64,000 bases of DNA from Trueperaceae bacterium (GTDB lineage Bacteria; Deinococcota; Deinococci; Deinococcales; Trueperaceae), in contig OZ243913.1 of NCBI GenBank assembly GCA_965213705.1, positions 1,728,001 to 1,792,000 of the forward strand, read 5' to 3'. The notes under the pieces were generated by a model. That model made no database searches and had not been told where the DNA came from. It saw nothing but the letters and a program-made list of their open reading frames with translations. Position numbers and translations under genes: made by a program. Shown one piece after another: positions 9,987 to 20,281 of this stretch. Numbering within the stretch: the stretch's first letter is position 1; each line of letters starts with the position of its first letter.

Positions 9987-10121
9987 CGCTGCTCCAGTTC
10001 GTATACTGTTTATGCTGTATTTTTATGTTGTGTTCGTACGCTGTGACAAAACCAAAGGCCGGTGAAGGTTGATACTGGTAGCTTGACGCAAGGGCTGTTC
10101 GCAGCCGAAGGAGGTTAACCC

Positions 10122-11300
10122 GTGAACATCGTCATCGCAGCGGCCGCGCGGACCCCGGTGGGGGCGTTTCAGGGCGCGTTCTCGAGCCTGAAGGCATCAG
10201 AACTCGGCGCCGTCGTCGTGAAGGAAGTCGTTGAACGCGCCGGTCTGGGTGCCGACGACGTCGACCTCGTCCTGATGGGCAACGTGCTCAGCGCCGGGAT
10301 GGGCCAAGCCCCGGCGCGGCAAGCGGCTATCTACGCCGGCTTGAGCCCGAAAACACCGGCCGTCACCCTCAACAAAATGTGCGGCAGCGGCTTGGAGGCG
10401 GTTATCCAGGCCGCCCGGGTCGTCGCCCTGGGCGACGCCGAGGTGGTCGTCGCGGGCGGCATGGAGTCGATGACGAACGCGCCCTACTTGTTGCCGGGTG
10501 CGCGCGGCGGCCTGCGCATGGGCAACAAAGACGTGGTGGACTCGATGGTTCACGACGGGCTGTGGGACGTCTACAACGACCTCCACATGGGCTCTTGCGC
10601 CGAACTTTGCGCGACCGAATACGCGTTGACCCGCGCGGCGCAAGACGAGTACGCGGCCTGTTCGTACCGGCGCGCTCAAAAGGCGATGCAAAGTGGCGCG
10701 CTCGAGCGCGAAATCGTCCCGGTCGAAGTCCGGGGCCGCAAGGGTGAGGTCACGACGGTCGCCGAAGACGAAGGTCCGCAGCAAGTCAAGTTCGACAAAA
10801 TCCCCACCCTGCGACCCGCTTTCGAAAAAGAGGGCACGGTCACGGCGGCCAACGCCTCGACCATCAACGACGGCGCGGCGGCGCTCCTGGTGACGACCGA
10901 AGACGTCGCCAAGGCGCGGGGGCTGCCTGTTTTGGCGCGCGTTGCGGGCTACAGCGCCCACGCCAAAGCGCCCGAACTGTTCGCGACGGCCCCCGTCGGC
11001 GCGATGCAAAAACTTTTTGACAAACTGGCCTGGCAACCCGCCGAGGTCGACCTGTTTGAGGTCAACGAAGCGTTTGCGGTGGTCCCCTTGGCGGCGATGG
11101 CGGCCTTCGACCTGCCACACGAGCGCGTCAACGTCAACGGCGGCGCGGTCGCCGTCGGTCACCCCATCGGTGCGTCGGGAGCGCGCATCTTGGTCACGCT
11201 CCTCAACGCGCTCGAAGAGCGCGGCGCTGAACGCGGCGTGGCGAGCATCTGCATCGGCGGTGGCGAAGCTTTGGCGTTGGGGGTGGAAAGGGTCGCCTGA
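10122..11300 (+). CDS. Acetyl-CoA C-acetyltransferase (thiolase)
   Basis: NKMCGSG, NEAF, GHPIGASG, CIGGG; SD AAGGAGG. Confidence 0.96.
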   Translation: MNIVIAAAARTPVGAFQGAFSSLKASELGAVVVKEVVERAGLGADDVDLVLMGNVLSAGMGQAPARQAAIYAGLSPKTPAVTLNKMCGSGLEAVIQAARVVALGDAEVVVAGGMESMTNAPYLLPGARGGLRMGNKDVVDSMVHDGLWDVYNDLHMGSCAELCATEYALTRAAQDEYAACSYRRAQKAMQSGALEREIVPVEVRGRKGEVTTVAEDEGPQQVKFDKIPTLRPAFEKEGTVTAANASTINDGAAALLVTTEDVAKARGLPVLARVAGYSAHAKAPELFATAPVGAMQKLFDKLAWQPAEVDLFEVNEAFAVVPLAAMAAFDLPHERVNVNGGAVAVGHPIGASGARILVTLLNALEERGAERGVASICIGGGEALALGVERVA

Positions 11301-11429
11301 GCACGGCCTCAAGCAGCGTTTCCCCGAATCACCCGAGTTTCAACGACCCAGAGAAGCGGACGTGAGAAGTCAATCCGCCCAACTGACTTAACACCCAGCT
11401 TCTTAATATCCAATCTTCTCAACACTTAA

Positions 11430-11652
11430 TTGTCCTGGTACACAGGTGAAAACGAAGGCGTCACCTGTTGTGCCCGCTCGCCTTCGGCGGGGTTTTTGAG
11501 TTTGGCTGACGGTATTCGGAGGGTTCCGGCTTGACTGCCGGAACCCTCCGCTTTGAGCTGCAGTCTCAACGTCTGCAGTCTCCCCAACACCCAGACACCT
11601 CGAGCCCCCCGAAACTCACAGCCCCGGTTGCGTACCGGCTCAAAGAGGCGCG
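11430..11652 (-). ncRNA. Candidate structured cis-regulatory RNA with c-di-AMP (ydaO) riboswitch-like motifs
   Basis: Multiple stems including a perfect 14-bp hairpin (11517-11550); motif order CGCC..CGGGGG..TTGGGG..GGAGGG..CCGAATACCGTCAGC..AGGCG. Confidence 0.4.
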
Positions 11653-12029
11653 CGGCTCGAGCCTCTCCAAAAGACCGCCGAAACGTTTCCGGTATGCGAA
11701 CCGTCGCCGGTGTGCGGGAAGAACTGCTGACTCGAGCCGTGTCCAACCTCACCGAGCAAGCTCACACGCGGTTAGAGCACGGACAAACTCACTTTCAAAG
11801 TAGTATGATTGGTACATGGAAGTACGCTCATAACCCTCGACCGTTCCACACCCTGCCCTACAGCCCGCCCCTGCGCCACGTCGTTTGACCCGTGGCCGCG
11901 GAGTCCGAAGCCGCTGTCTTTTGCGGATTCGCTCGCGAGCGGTGCAGGCGGACGCGCCGTTACGGCACAGCTTCGCGGCGACTTTTTACGCGGGTGGGCC
12001 CGGAGCGGTTTGTTTTCCGAAGGAACATC

Positions 12030-12680
12030 ATGAGCGACACCGTGCGCGTGTTGCTCGCCGACGACCACCCCATCGTACGTTCGGGTATCAAGGGTGCTTT
12101 GGAAACCGAAGACAACATCAAGGTCGTGGGTGAGGCCAACGACGGGCACGAAGTTCAAACGCTCTGCCGAGAACTGTTGCCGGACGTTCTCTTGCTCGAC
12201 CTGAACATGCCCGGTCCCAAAGCGACCGAGACCATCGCGGTGGTCAGGGAGACCTGCCCGGACACCAAAATCGTCATGCTCACCGCACACGACGAAGACG
12301 CCTATATTCGCGCCGTCATGCGCGCCGGGGTGTCGGGTTACTTGCTCAAAGAAGAGGCGGTCGACACGGTCGTGAAGGCGGTCCGCGCCGTCAAAAAGGG
12401 TGCAGCTTGGTACAGCCAAACGATTGCCGAACGCTTCGTACAATGGCAGTTCGGCCGCGAGCCCGAAATTGAAGACGCCCAGCTCACGCCCAGGGAGCGC
12501 GAACTGCTGGTGCTCGTCGCCAAGGGTTGGGACAACGCCCGCATCGCCCAAGAGCTGAGTTTGGCCGAGCAAACGGTGCGCAACTACACGAGCACGCTGT
12601 ACGAAAAGTTGCAGGTGCATTCTCGAGCCGAGGCCATCGTCTGGGCTAGAGAGCGCGGCTTTGCCGACGAAGCAATCTAG
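12030..12680 (+). CDS. NarL/LuxR-family response regulator
   Basis: ADDHPIVR, DVLLLDLNMP, GYLLK, LTPRE...TVRNY; start moved to MSDTV after AAGGA. Confidence 0.95.
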   Translation: MSDTVRVLLADDHPIVRSGIKGALETEDNIKVVGEANDGHEVQTLCRELLPDVLLLDLNMPGPKATETIAVVRETCPDTKIVMLTAHDEDAYIRAVMRAGVSGYLLKEEAVDTVVKAVRAVKKGAAWYSQTIAERFVQWQFGREPEIEDAQLTPRERELLVLVAKGWDNARIAQELSLAEQTVRNYTSTLYEKLQVHSRAEAIVWARERGFADEAI

Positions 12681-13011
12681 GCGGTGATTTACAGTCACCT
12701 CGACTTTCGTCAGGTAGGAACGTCGGGTCGAAAAAAGCAACCGAGGGAGCGCGAACGGGTTGCACCTCTTCCCCTTGCTGTTTGTCTTTTCCACTTTTTC
12801 TTCAAACACCTCGCCAAAGTCGCCGAGGAGGTTGCCAAGTACAGGCGTCCACTAATTTGAGTAAGGCCGTTCACTTTTGTGTCTACCTCAATAGCCGACG
12901 CTCACTCCATACTCATACCTGTACTTTTCGAAAATCGTACTTTATCCTGTAGGCCTACACCAACATTTTTCGGTGTGCGTGGGCAAGCTTAAGGTTGACT
13001 GGGAGGTCGAC

Positions 13012-13149
13012 ATGTTGGAAACGATTGCGATTATTCTTCTTGTGCTCTGGCTTTTGGGTCTGGTGACCGGATTTCTCGGCAACCTCATCTATATCCTGCT
13101 CGTGGTCGCCGTCGTCCTCTTTCTGGTGAGGTTTTTGCGCCGCACCTAG
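13012..13149 (+). CDS. 45-aa small membrane protein, lmo0937/DUF5670-like (not in ORF track)
   Basis: MLETIAIILLVLWLLGLVTGFLGNLIYILLVVAVVLFLVRFLRRT; SD GGGAGG at 13001-13006. Confidence 0.85.
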   Translation: MLETIAIILLVLWLLGLVTGFLGNLIYILLVVAVVLFLVRFLRRT

Positions 13150-13278
13150 CGAACACGACCTCACCAGTTAAGGACAACCTACCAGTAAGGACAACTTCAA
13201 AAGTGCAAGAGCGTGTCTAAAAACACGCTCTTTTGCAAGTTTATTCGGCCACGGGGCTCGAGACGTTTTTCCTGCCGG

Positions 13279-14145
13279 CTACGAACTTCCGACGGGGTTC
13301 TGTTCTTTACGGTTGGCATAAACTTGGGTAAACTCCGCGCCGAGCAGAAAAATCTGCGCGGAGTAGTAAACCCACAGCAGCAAAACGACCAGTGAGCCGG
13401 CGCTGCCATAGGTACTCGCCACGGCGCTCTTGCTCAGGTACAGCCCGATAAGCGTCTTACCGACAACAAAAAGTAACGCAGTCACGGCCGCACCCGCCCA
13501 CATGTCGTGCCACCTCACTTCGGTGTCGGGCAGAACTTTGAATAAGACGGCGAAAAAGAGGGTAAGAACGACAAAAGACACGCCTTCGACGGCGAACCCC
13601 CAAACAAAGTCGGTGCCCGGCAGCAGGGTCCGCGCCGAGGTGGACAGGGCGTCGACCACAGCAGTCGCCACCAGTGACAAGACGAGCAGAAAGCCGATGC
13701 CGACGACCAGGGCAAAGGAGACGAGGCGCGAGCGCAACAGCCGCACCACCCCACTTTTGTCCGGGTCGGGTTGGACGTCCCAGATATGGTTGAGGGCGTT
13801 TTGGAGCTGAACGAAGACACCCGTCGCGCCCACGATAAGCAAGACGAAGCCGATGACGGTTGCCAACACATCACCCGAGGTGGCCCCCTGCCGCTCGCTG
13901 ATAATCGTCCTGATAAAGTCCGCAACGCCGTCGCCGAACACGTCCTGCAACTGGGCGACAAGTTCTTGCTCTCCGAACGTTTGGCCGAGAAAACCCGAAG
14001 CCAAGTTCAGCACGGCAACGACAATGATGAGTAAGGGCGCGAGTGAAAACACCGTGTAATAGGCAAGCGACGCCGCGTACACCGATACGTTGTCACTCTG
14101 CCATTCTTTCAGGGTCTGTTTTGCTACAGCCAACGCCTTGTTCAT
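13279..14145 (-). CDS. YihY/BrkB-family membrane protein
   Basis: AASLAYYTVFSLAP, LQNALNHIW, YGSAGSLVVLLLWVYYSAQIFLLGAE; SD GGGAGG before MNKAL. Confidence 0.93.
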   Translation of the reverse strand: MNKALAVAKQTLKEWQSDNVSVYAASLAYYTVFSLAPLLIIVVAVLNLASGFLGQTFGEQELVAQLQDVFGDGVADFIRTIISERQGATSGDVLATVIGFVLLIVGATGVFVQLQNALNHIWDVQPDPDKSGVVRLLRSRLVSFALVVGIGFLLVLSLVATAVVDALSTSARTLLPGTDFVWGFAVEGVSFVVLTLFFAVLFKVLPDTEVRWHDMWAGAAVTALLFVVGKTLIGLYLSKSAVASTYGSAGSLVVLLLWVYYSAQIFLLGAEFTQVYANRKEQNPVGSS

Positions 14146-14524
14146 AGACCTCCCGAGCCGAGAATACCTCACCACGGTCTTCGTTCCTGGTACGACCGAG
14201 TTTTTTGCCTTGTGACCTTTCTCCGGCGGCTTGCCGATGGTGCACCTTCGGCAAGCCGCTCGGTACCTCGCCATATACCTGCTTTGTCGAGGCGAAGGTC
14301 CGGGGCGGTTCGGTCAATCCCACGCCTTTACGACGTTGCTTTGGCGCGGCTCGAGTACTTCTATACCAAAGAAATGTACGGGTGTACAAAGCTCGGCGCG
14401 TACCGCTGCCTCTCACCGACGCCCCCGCAATCTTTTAGGCTGGCACGATGCAGCAGCTCGCCGCTCTATCCTGTACTTCTCCAGACTGTATTTCCAGGTC
14501 GGGGTTGGGTTTATACTATTGTCA

Positions 14525-14580
14525 AGTCTACACCTATAGGTTTGCACTTGTGGGTCTATACCTGTAGGTTTATACCTGGA
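14525..14580. repeat. Four imperfect 14-nt tandem copies (GGTYTAYACCTGTA-like)
   Basis: agtctacacctata ggtttgcacttgtg ggtctatacctgta ggtttatacctgga. Confidence 0.7.
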
Positions 14581-14698
14581 TAGGTCTTTGTGAGGGTCGG
14601 CTGCTCCACCGGGTCTGGGTCAACCGAACGTGGTCGCTCTGGCGCTTGGCCCCGCACCGAACGAACCTCGCGACGACCAGGGTGAAAGGGAGGAAAAA

Positions 14699-15163
14699 AT
14701 GGACACGCAAAAAGAAGGCAACGCCACTCTCAAAAACGATGCCAAAGAGGTCGCCGACAGCGTCGCTGCCGACGTCAAACAAAAAGCCGGGGAGACGAAA
14801 GACCAGGTTGTCGGTCAGCTCAAAGAAGTTCAGGATGAGGTGACGAGCCAAGCTAAGTCGGGTTTGCAACAGGGACGCAGCCAAGTCGCCTCGCAAGTCG
14901 GCGGCGTGGCGTCGGCCGTTCAGCAGTTCGGCGAACAGCTCCGCAACGAAGACCATCCCAACTTGGCGAGTTACACCGAGAAGTTCGGCGAACAGGTCAA
15001 AGGCGTCGCGGACTACATGGAGAACCGAGACTTGGGCGACATTATCAGCGACGTCGAGGGTTTTGCGCGCCGGCAACCGGCGGCGTTCATCGGCTTGTCG
15101 CTCGTTTTAGGTCTCGCGGCCGCCCGGTTTCTCAAAAGCTCGAGCCCGAACCAGCCTCGCTAG
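14699..15163 (+). CDS. Conserved hypothetical helical protein with C-terminal anchor (type found beside DUF3618 genes)
   Basis: SD GGGAGG; 'DVEGFARRQPAAFIGLSLVLGLAAARFLKSS'. Confidence 0.75.
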   Translation: MDTQKEGNATLKNDAKEVADSVAADVKQKAGETKDQVVGQLKEVQDEVTSQAKSGLQQGRSQVASQVGGVASAVQQFGEQLRNEDHPNLASYTEKFGEQVKGVADYMENRDLGDIISDVEGFARRQPAAFIGLSLVLGLAAARFLKSSSPNQPR

Positions 15164-15303
15164 GCTCCGTTTTTGCCGGTCACCTTTTGTTTGTCATTTC
15201 GTTTGTCATTATCGACCCGTAGCAGTCGGTCAACTTTTCGGTCACCGGGTTTGCACAGCCGCACCCCTTTCTGAACGGGTGCCGAACACTTAAGGAGAGA
15301 ATC

Positions 15304-16476
15304 ATGGACGACCCCAACCAGAACAACACGTCAGCTTCGGACGCGAACAAAACGCCCGAAGAACTGCAAGCGGACATTGCCTCAACTCGGGAACGCATCG
15401 GCAGGGACATCGACGAACTTTCCGACCGCGTCAACCCCGAACGCCTTCAAAACCAAGCGAAAGACGCGCTCGCGGACACGCTGGCAGGCGCGCAAGAAAC
15501 CGTCATGGGGACGGTCAACGACCTGGGCCAAAAGGCCAGCGCACGCGCGCAAGAGGCGAGTTCCGGTCTTATCGGCATGATTAGAAGCAACCCGGTGCCC
15601 GCAGCCCTTATCGGTTTGGGCGTCGGCTTGTTGGCGGCGGGCGGCGCGACCGTCGCGGGTTCGTCGGGCGGCGCGAGCCGTTACAAAACCTACGGCGGCG
15701 ACGCTTACGGCGGTTTCGACCGCACGGGGGGTTCGGCCTCCGACCGCTTCGGCACCAGTTCAAACGACGCACTGGTGGGTGCCAAGGCCCTGCCCCGTAC
15801 GAATTACGCTCAAGACTATGGTGACCAGGGCTACGGTCAGGGTTACGGTGGGCGAGCGGGCTCGTCTTCGCAGGGTTCGTTTTTACAGGGTTCGTTTTCG
15901 CAGCGGTCCTCGCAGAGCAGCGGCGCTCAAGGCGTCATGGGCTGGGTCGAAGAGCATCCCTTGGCGGTGGGCGCGGTCACCTTGTTGCTAGGCGCGGCCA
16001 TCGGCCTGTCGGCACCCGGCACACGCTACGAAGACGAAACGATGGGTGAAATGAGCGACCGCTCCATCCAGCGGGCCAAGAGCGTCGTCGGCGACGCCGT
16101 CGACGTGGTCAAGGAAAGTGCCAGCCAAGCGACGAAAGCGGTCAAGGACGAGTTGAGTGAGCGCTCACCCTCCAAAGACGGTCTGAAAGACACCGTCAAG
16201 GCGGTAGCCGGAACCGTCACGAGCGAGGTCAAAGACGCCGCGACAAACGTGGTGGACAAGACCACGCAGGCCGTCAAAGAGGAAACAAACAAAAAAACAG
16301 GTTCCGGTAACGTGGACTCTGACACTGCAAGTTCTAACAACGCAAACTCTGCCAACGCAAAAAACAGCGCTGCAGACTCTAATACTGCAGACTCTGATAC
16401 TGCAGGCTCCAACACTGCGGACTCCAAAGACGGCGGTTCCAAAAACGCCGCCTCTAAAAAGTCGGACAACACCTGA
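15304..16476 (+). CDS. DUF3618-domain protein with LEA-like hydrophilic tail
   Basis: 'PEELQADIASTRERIGRDIDELSDRVNP'; two NP/HP-L-A TM motifs; NTADS repeats at C-terminus. Confidence 0.8.
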   Translation: MDDPNQNNTSASDANKTPEELQADIASTRERIGRDIDELSDRVNPERLQNQAKDALADTLAGAQETVMGTVNDLGQKASARAQEASSGLIGMIRSNPVPAALIGLGVGLLAAGGATVAGSSGGASRYKTYGGDAYGGFDRTGGSASDRFGTSSNDALVGAKALPRTNYAQDYGDQGYGQGYGGRAGSSSQGSFLQGSFSQRSSQSSGAQGVMGWVEEHPLAVGAVTLLLGAAIGLSAPGTRYEDETMGEMSDRSIQRAKSVVGDAVDVVKESASQATKAVKDELSERSPSKDGLKDTVKAVAGTVTSEVKDAATNVVDKTTQAVKEETNKKTGSGNVDSDTASSNNANSANAKNSAADSNTADSDTAGSNTADSKDGGSKNAASKKSDNT

Positions 16477-16492
16477 CCCGACAGCCGAACCC

Positions 16493-16525
16493 AAGGGCCG
16501 AGAGTCGTTTTCTCGGCCCTTTTTT
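16493..16525 (+). terminator. Intrinsic terminator
   Basis: AAGGGCCGAGA-GTCGTTT-TCTCGGCCCTT followed by T run. Confidence 0.8.
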
Positions 16526-16701
16526 GTAGCCGTTCCCCGACCCGACCACGTGGCCTGAGCCCAGACCGTAGTTGGTGAGCTAGTTGTGAGCCGCTCGCAC
16601 GTTTTATAAAGGTTGGGTCGGCCAGATGCACGTCGGGGTTTCCGGACCCCGGGCACTCGCGAGTGAAAGCCGACCCCGCTTGCGAAGGCGTAAAGGAGAC
16701 C

Positions 16702-18408
16702 ATGACATCTAAAACTGCTTCAGCCGAGACGGTTGCAAGTGCGACTTCGGACACACCCGGAGACAACGCGTCCGTTTCGTTTAGTTTGTTCGCGCCCTAC
16801 AACACAGAAGCCGTCCTCAGGGGCAGCTTTTCAGGCTGGGAAGACATCCCGATGACTAAGGGAGACGACGGTGTTTTTCGCGTCGAACTCAGTTTGGCCG
16901 ACGGCGACTACACCTACAAGTTTCGAGTCCGCTCCAAAAGTTGGTTTGTAGACGAGGACGCTTTCGTCGACGTCGTCGACCCTTACGCTACGGCCGTCGA
17001 GGACACCGAGCAGGCCAACGGCGTGTTGTGTGTACAAAACGGTGCGCGCATCACCGACGCTTACGTTTGGCAGCACGACGACAAACCTTTACCCCCCGAC
17101 CACAGCCTCGTGATTTACGAGTTGCACGTAGGGGACTTTTCGGGTGAGGGCGACCTGGCCGGGCGCGGACGTTTCGAGGACGTCGTCGCCAAGCTCGACT
17201 ACCTGAGCGACTTGGGCGTCAACGCGGTCGAGCTGATGCCGGTCGAAGAGTACCCGGGCGACCACAGTTGGGGCTACAACCCGCGCTACTTTTTTGCCGC
17301 CGAGTCGAGCTACGGCTCGAGCGCGGACCTCAAAGCCTTGGTCGACGCCTGTCACTCCCTGGGCATTCGCGTTATCAAAGACGGCGTCTACAACCACTCC
17401 GAAGCGAGCAGCCCACTAACCCAAATCGACCACGACTACTGGTATCACCACGAGCCGAGAGACCCTGACAACAACTGGGGACCCGAATTCAACTACGAAA
17501 AGTACGACGAAAACTTAGACACCTACCCGGCACGAAAGTTCGTCGGCGACGCGGTGCGCTACTGGACGAGCGAGTACCACTTGGACGGCCTCCGTTTCGA
17601 CGCGGCGCGGCAGATGGAGAACTTCGACTTTATGTACTGGGTCACGCGCGAGGCCAAGCGCGTCGCCGGGGACAAGCCGTTTTACACGGTTGCCGAATAT
17701 ATCCCCGAAACGCCCGAAGTGACCGGTGTAGACGGTCCGATGGACGCCTGCTGGCACGACAGCTTCTACCACACCCTCAAAGAGGTTATGCACGGCGAAC
17801 GGGTGGACTTCGAACGCCTCAAAAACGCGCTCGACGCAAAACGCACAGGCTTTCCGGGTGCGACCAACGTGATTAACTACCTCTCCAACCACGACCACAA
17901 CCACGTTATGGCCGACTTGGGCGACGCTGGGATTTTGGGTGAGGAGGCTTTTAGACGCGTCAGACTCGGCGCGGCGCTGCTGATGACGGCCGTCGGCGTG
18001 CCGCTGGTCTGGATGGGGGACGAGTTCGGCGAGTTTACTCACACTTCGGTAGAGCAGAACAAGCTCGACTGGGCGCTGTTGGGCAACGACGCCAACCGCA
18101 ACCTGCGCGAGACCTTCAAGGGCCTTATCGGTTTGCGCACCTCGAGCCCGGCCCTGTTTACCGCCAACATCGACTTTTTCCACGAGAACCCCGACAAAAA
18201 CGTCATCGCTTACACGCGTTGGGACGAAGGTTCGCGCGTCGTCATCGTCGCCAACCTGTCCGCCGACTTTCACGGCGGCTACACCGTCCCCGACTTTCCC
18301 GCTCAGGGAACCCTGCACGAGTGGACGGGCGACTACGACGTCACGGTCGAGGGCGACAGCGTGACCCTCGACTTGCCCCCGTTCGAAGCGAAAGTGTTTG
18401 TGGGGTGA
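16702..18408 (+). CDS. GH13 alpha-amylase-family glycosidase with N-terminal CBM48 (branching enzyme/trehalohydrolase-like)
   Basis: IYELHVGDF, LGVNAVELMP, WGYNP, DGLRFDA, AE, NHD; SD AAGGAG. Confidence 0.9.
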   Translation: MTSKTASAETVASATSDTPGDNASVSFSLFAPYNTEAVLRGSFSGWEDIPMTKGDDGVFRVELSLADGDYTYKFRVRSKSWFVDEDAFVDVVDPYATAVEDTEQANGVLCVQNGARITDAYVWQHDDKPLPPDHSLVIYELHVGDFSGEGDLAGRGRFEDVVAKLDYLSDLGVNAVELMPVEEYPGDHSWGYNPRYFFAAESSYGSSADLKALVDACHSLGIRVIKDGVYNHSEASSPLTQIDHDYWYHHEPRDPDNNWGPEFNYEKYDENLDTYPARKFVGDAVRYWTSEYHLDGLRFDAARQMENFDFMYWVTREAKRVAGDKPFYTVAEYIPETPEVTGVDGPMDACWHDSFYHTLKEVMHGERVDFERLKNALDAKRTGFPGATNVINYLSNHDHNHVMADLGDAGILGEEAFRRVRLGAALLMTAVGVPLVWMGDEFGEFTHTSVEQNKLDWALLGNDANRNLRETFKGLIGLRTSSPALFTANIDFFHENPDKNVIAYTRWDEGSRVVIVANLSADFHGGYTVPDFPAQGTLHEWTGDYDVTVEGDSVTLDLPPFEAKVFVG

Positions 18409-18410
18409 AA

Positions 18411-18441
18411 GTGGAGGGCGGGTTTGAAACCCGCCTTCCAC
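18411..18441. repeat. REP-like palindrome / bidirectional terminator
   Basis: GTGGAGGGCGGGTTT-G-AAACCCGCCTTCCAC; similar hairpins at 39552-39573 and 47397-47419. Confidence 0.7.
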
Positions 18442-18460
18442 GCGACCTTCAACACCAGCC

Positions 18461-19663
18461 CTACGCCGTCCTGCGCCGCTCGCCGTGCCGCAAAATCTGG
18501 TCGGGGTTGTCTAAGTTGCCCGCGTCGACAGTCAGGCTCGAGACGTTGCTGCCCGGCACCTCAAACATGAGGTCGAGAAGGGTTTTCTCCAACACGGCCC
18601 GCAAACCCCGCGCCCCCGTTTTGTAGTCGTGGGCGCGCTGGGCGACTTCGAAAAGCGCGGCTTCGGTAAACCTGAGTTCGACGCCCTCTAACGAAAACAG
18701 TTCCTTGTACTGCTTGACGAGCGCGTTTTTCGGCTTGGTGAGGACATTGACGAGCGCGTCCAGGCTCAGGTCTTGCAACCTCACGCTCACCGCCAAGCGC
18801 CCGATGAGTTCCGGGATGAGCCCGAACTTCATCAGGTCTTCGGGCAGCACCTCGGTCGTGGCGACTTTGTCTTCAAACCTGGTATCGTCGTAACTCTGAA
18901 AGCCGACGCTGGCTACGTTGACGCGTTTGCCGACGATGTCGTTGATTCCTTCGAACGCGCCGCCGCAGATGAACAAGATGTTGCTCGTGTCGACCGGGAT
19001 GAGTTCCTGGTGCGGGTGTTTGCGCCCGCCCTGGGGCGGCACGTGGGTCACGGTGCCCTCGACGATTTTCAACAGCGCTTGCTGCACGCCCTCGCCGGAC
19101 ACGTCCCGCGTGATAGACACGCCCTCGGACTTGCGGGCGATTTTGTCGATTTCGTCCAAGTAGATAATGCCCCGCTCGGCCGCCTCGACGTCGTAGTTGG
19201 CGGTTTGCAGCAGCCTCAAGATGATGTTTTCGACGTCGTCGCCCACGTAGCCCGCTTCGGTCAGGGTGGTCGCGTCGGCGATGGCGAAGGGCACTTGCAA
19301 AATTCGCGCCAGCGTTTGGGCCAGCAGCGTTTTACCCGTACCCGACGAGCCTATCAACAAAATGTTCGCTTTTTGCAGGTCAGAGTCGGGGTACTGCAAG
19401 CGGCGGTAGTGGTTGTAGACCGCCACGGACAGCGCTTTTTTGGCCTCGTCCTGTTCGATGACGTAGGCGTCGAGCTGGCTTTTCAGTTCGCGCGGCGTCG
19501 GCAAGCGCCCGCCCGCCATGTGCTTGGTGCGGTTGGCCTCGAGCACGTCCGAAATCCGCTCGACGCAGTAGTTGCAAATGTGCGTCAAGCCGTTTTCCGA
19601 GGCGACCAGTCGGCCCACCTCGGCGTGGGTGCGACCGCAAAAGTTACAGCGGGGCTGCGGCAT
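18461..19663 (-). CDS. clpX: ATP-dependent Clp protease ATPase subunit
   Basis: Zn finger [26 protein letters not shown] loop, GARGL. Confidence 0.98.
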   Translation of the reverse strand: MPQPRCNFCGRTHAEVGRLVASENGLTHICNYCVERISDVLEANRTKHMAGGRLPTPRELKSQLDAYVIEQDEAKKALSVAVYNHYRRLQYPDSDLQKANILLIGSSGTGKTLLAQTLARILQVPFAIADATTLTEAGYVGDDVENIILRLLQTANYDVEAAERGIIYLDEIDKIARKSEGVSITRDVSGEGVQQALLKIVEGTVTHVPPQGGRKHPHQELIPVDTSNILFICGGAFEGINDIVGKRVNVASVGFQSYDDTRFEDKVATTEVLPEDLMKFGLIPELIGRLAVSVRLQDLSLDALVNVLTKPKNALVKQYKELFSLEGVELRFTEAALFEVAQRAHDYKTGARGLRAVLEKTLLDLMFEVPGSNVSSLTVDAGNLDNPDQILRHGERRRTA

Positions 19664-20281
19664 CTACAAGTCCTCGTCGGTGATGCTGAATTTCGGCATC
19701 TTGCGCGGGTCGACGACGCGGTCGATGAGGCCGTACTCGAGGGCCTCTTGGGGAGCCATAAAGTTGTCGCGCTCCATGTCTTTGCGCAACTTCTCACGGC
19801 CGTGGTCGGTGTGTTTTGCGTACAAACCCTCTAACACATCCCGCAGGCTCAGCACTTCCCTGGCTTGGACCTCTAAGTCCGGCGTGTTGCCGCGAAAACC
19901 CGCCGAGCCCGCGTGAATCATAATTCGGCTGTTCGGCAGCGCCACGCGGCTGCCGTGCTCGCCCGCCATCAAGATAACCGAACCCATCGACATGGCGATG
20001 CCGACGCAGTTCGTATGCACCGGCGCAGAAATGTACTGCATCACGTCGTAAATGGCGAGTCCGGCGTAGACCTCGCCGCCGGGACAGTTGATGAAGATGT
20101 TGATGGGCTGCTCGCGCGACTGTGAGTCGAGGAGCAGCAGCTGCGCCACAATCGTGTTGGCGACGTTCGAGTCGATGGGCGTGCCCAAAAAGATAATCCG
20201 CTCGCGCAACAGGCGGCTGTAGATGTCGTACATCCGCTCGCCGCGGCTCGTTTGTTCGATGACATAGGGAACTAAAGACAT
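19664..20281 (-). CDS. clpP: Clp protease proteolytic subunit
   Basis: YDIYSRLLRERII, AMSMG, RIMIH, DMERD. Confidence 0.98.
   Translation of the reverse strand: MSLVPYVIEQTSRGERMYDIYSRLLRERIIFLGTPIDSNVANTIVAQLLLLDSQSREQPINIFINCPGGEVYAGLAIYDVMQYISAPVHTNCVGIAMSMGSVILMAGEHGSRVALPNSRIMIHAGSAGFRGNTPDLEVQAREVLSLRDVLEGLYAKHTDHGREKLRKDMERDNFMAPQEALEYGLIDRVVDPRKMPKFSITDEDL

Noticed and set aside
10197..11312. Long antisense and alternate-frame ORFs (e.g. 10197-11312, 18773-19834, 24102-25391, 31177-32217, 52825-53853)
   Set aside because: Shadows of well-supported genes, expected from high GC3 codon bias
11772..12809. 345-aa minus-strand ORF and other ORFs at 11426-12033
   Set aside because: Antisense to the response regulator or lacking motifs and start signals; the region is better explained as non-coding
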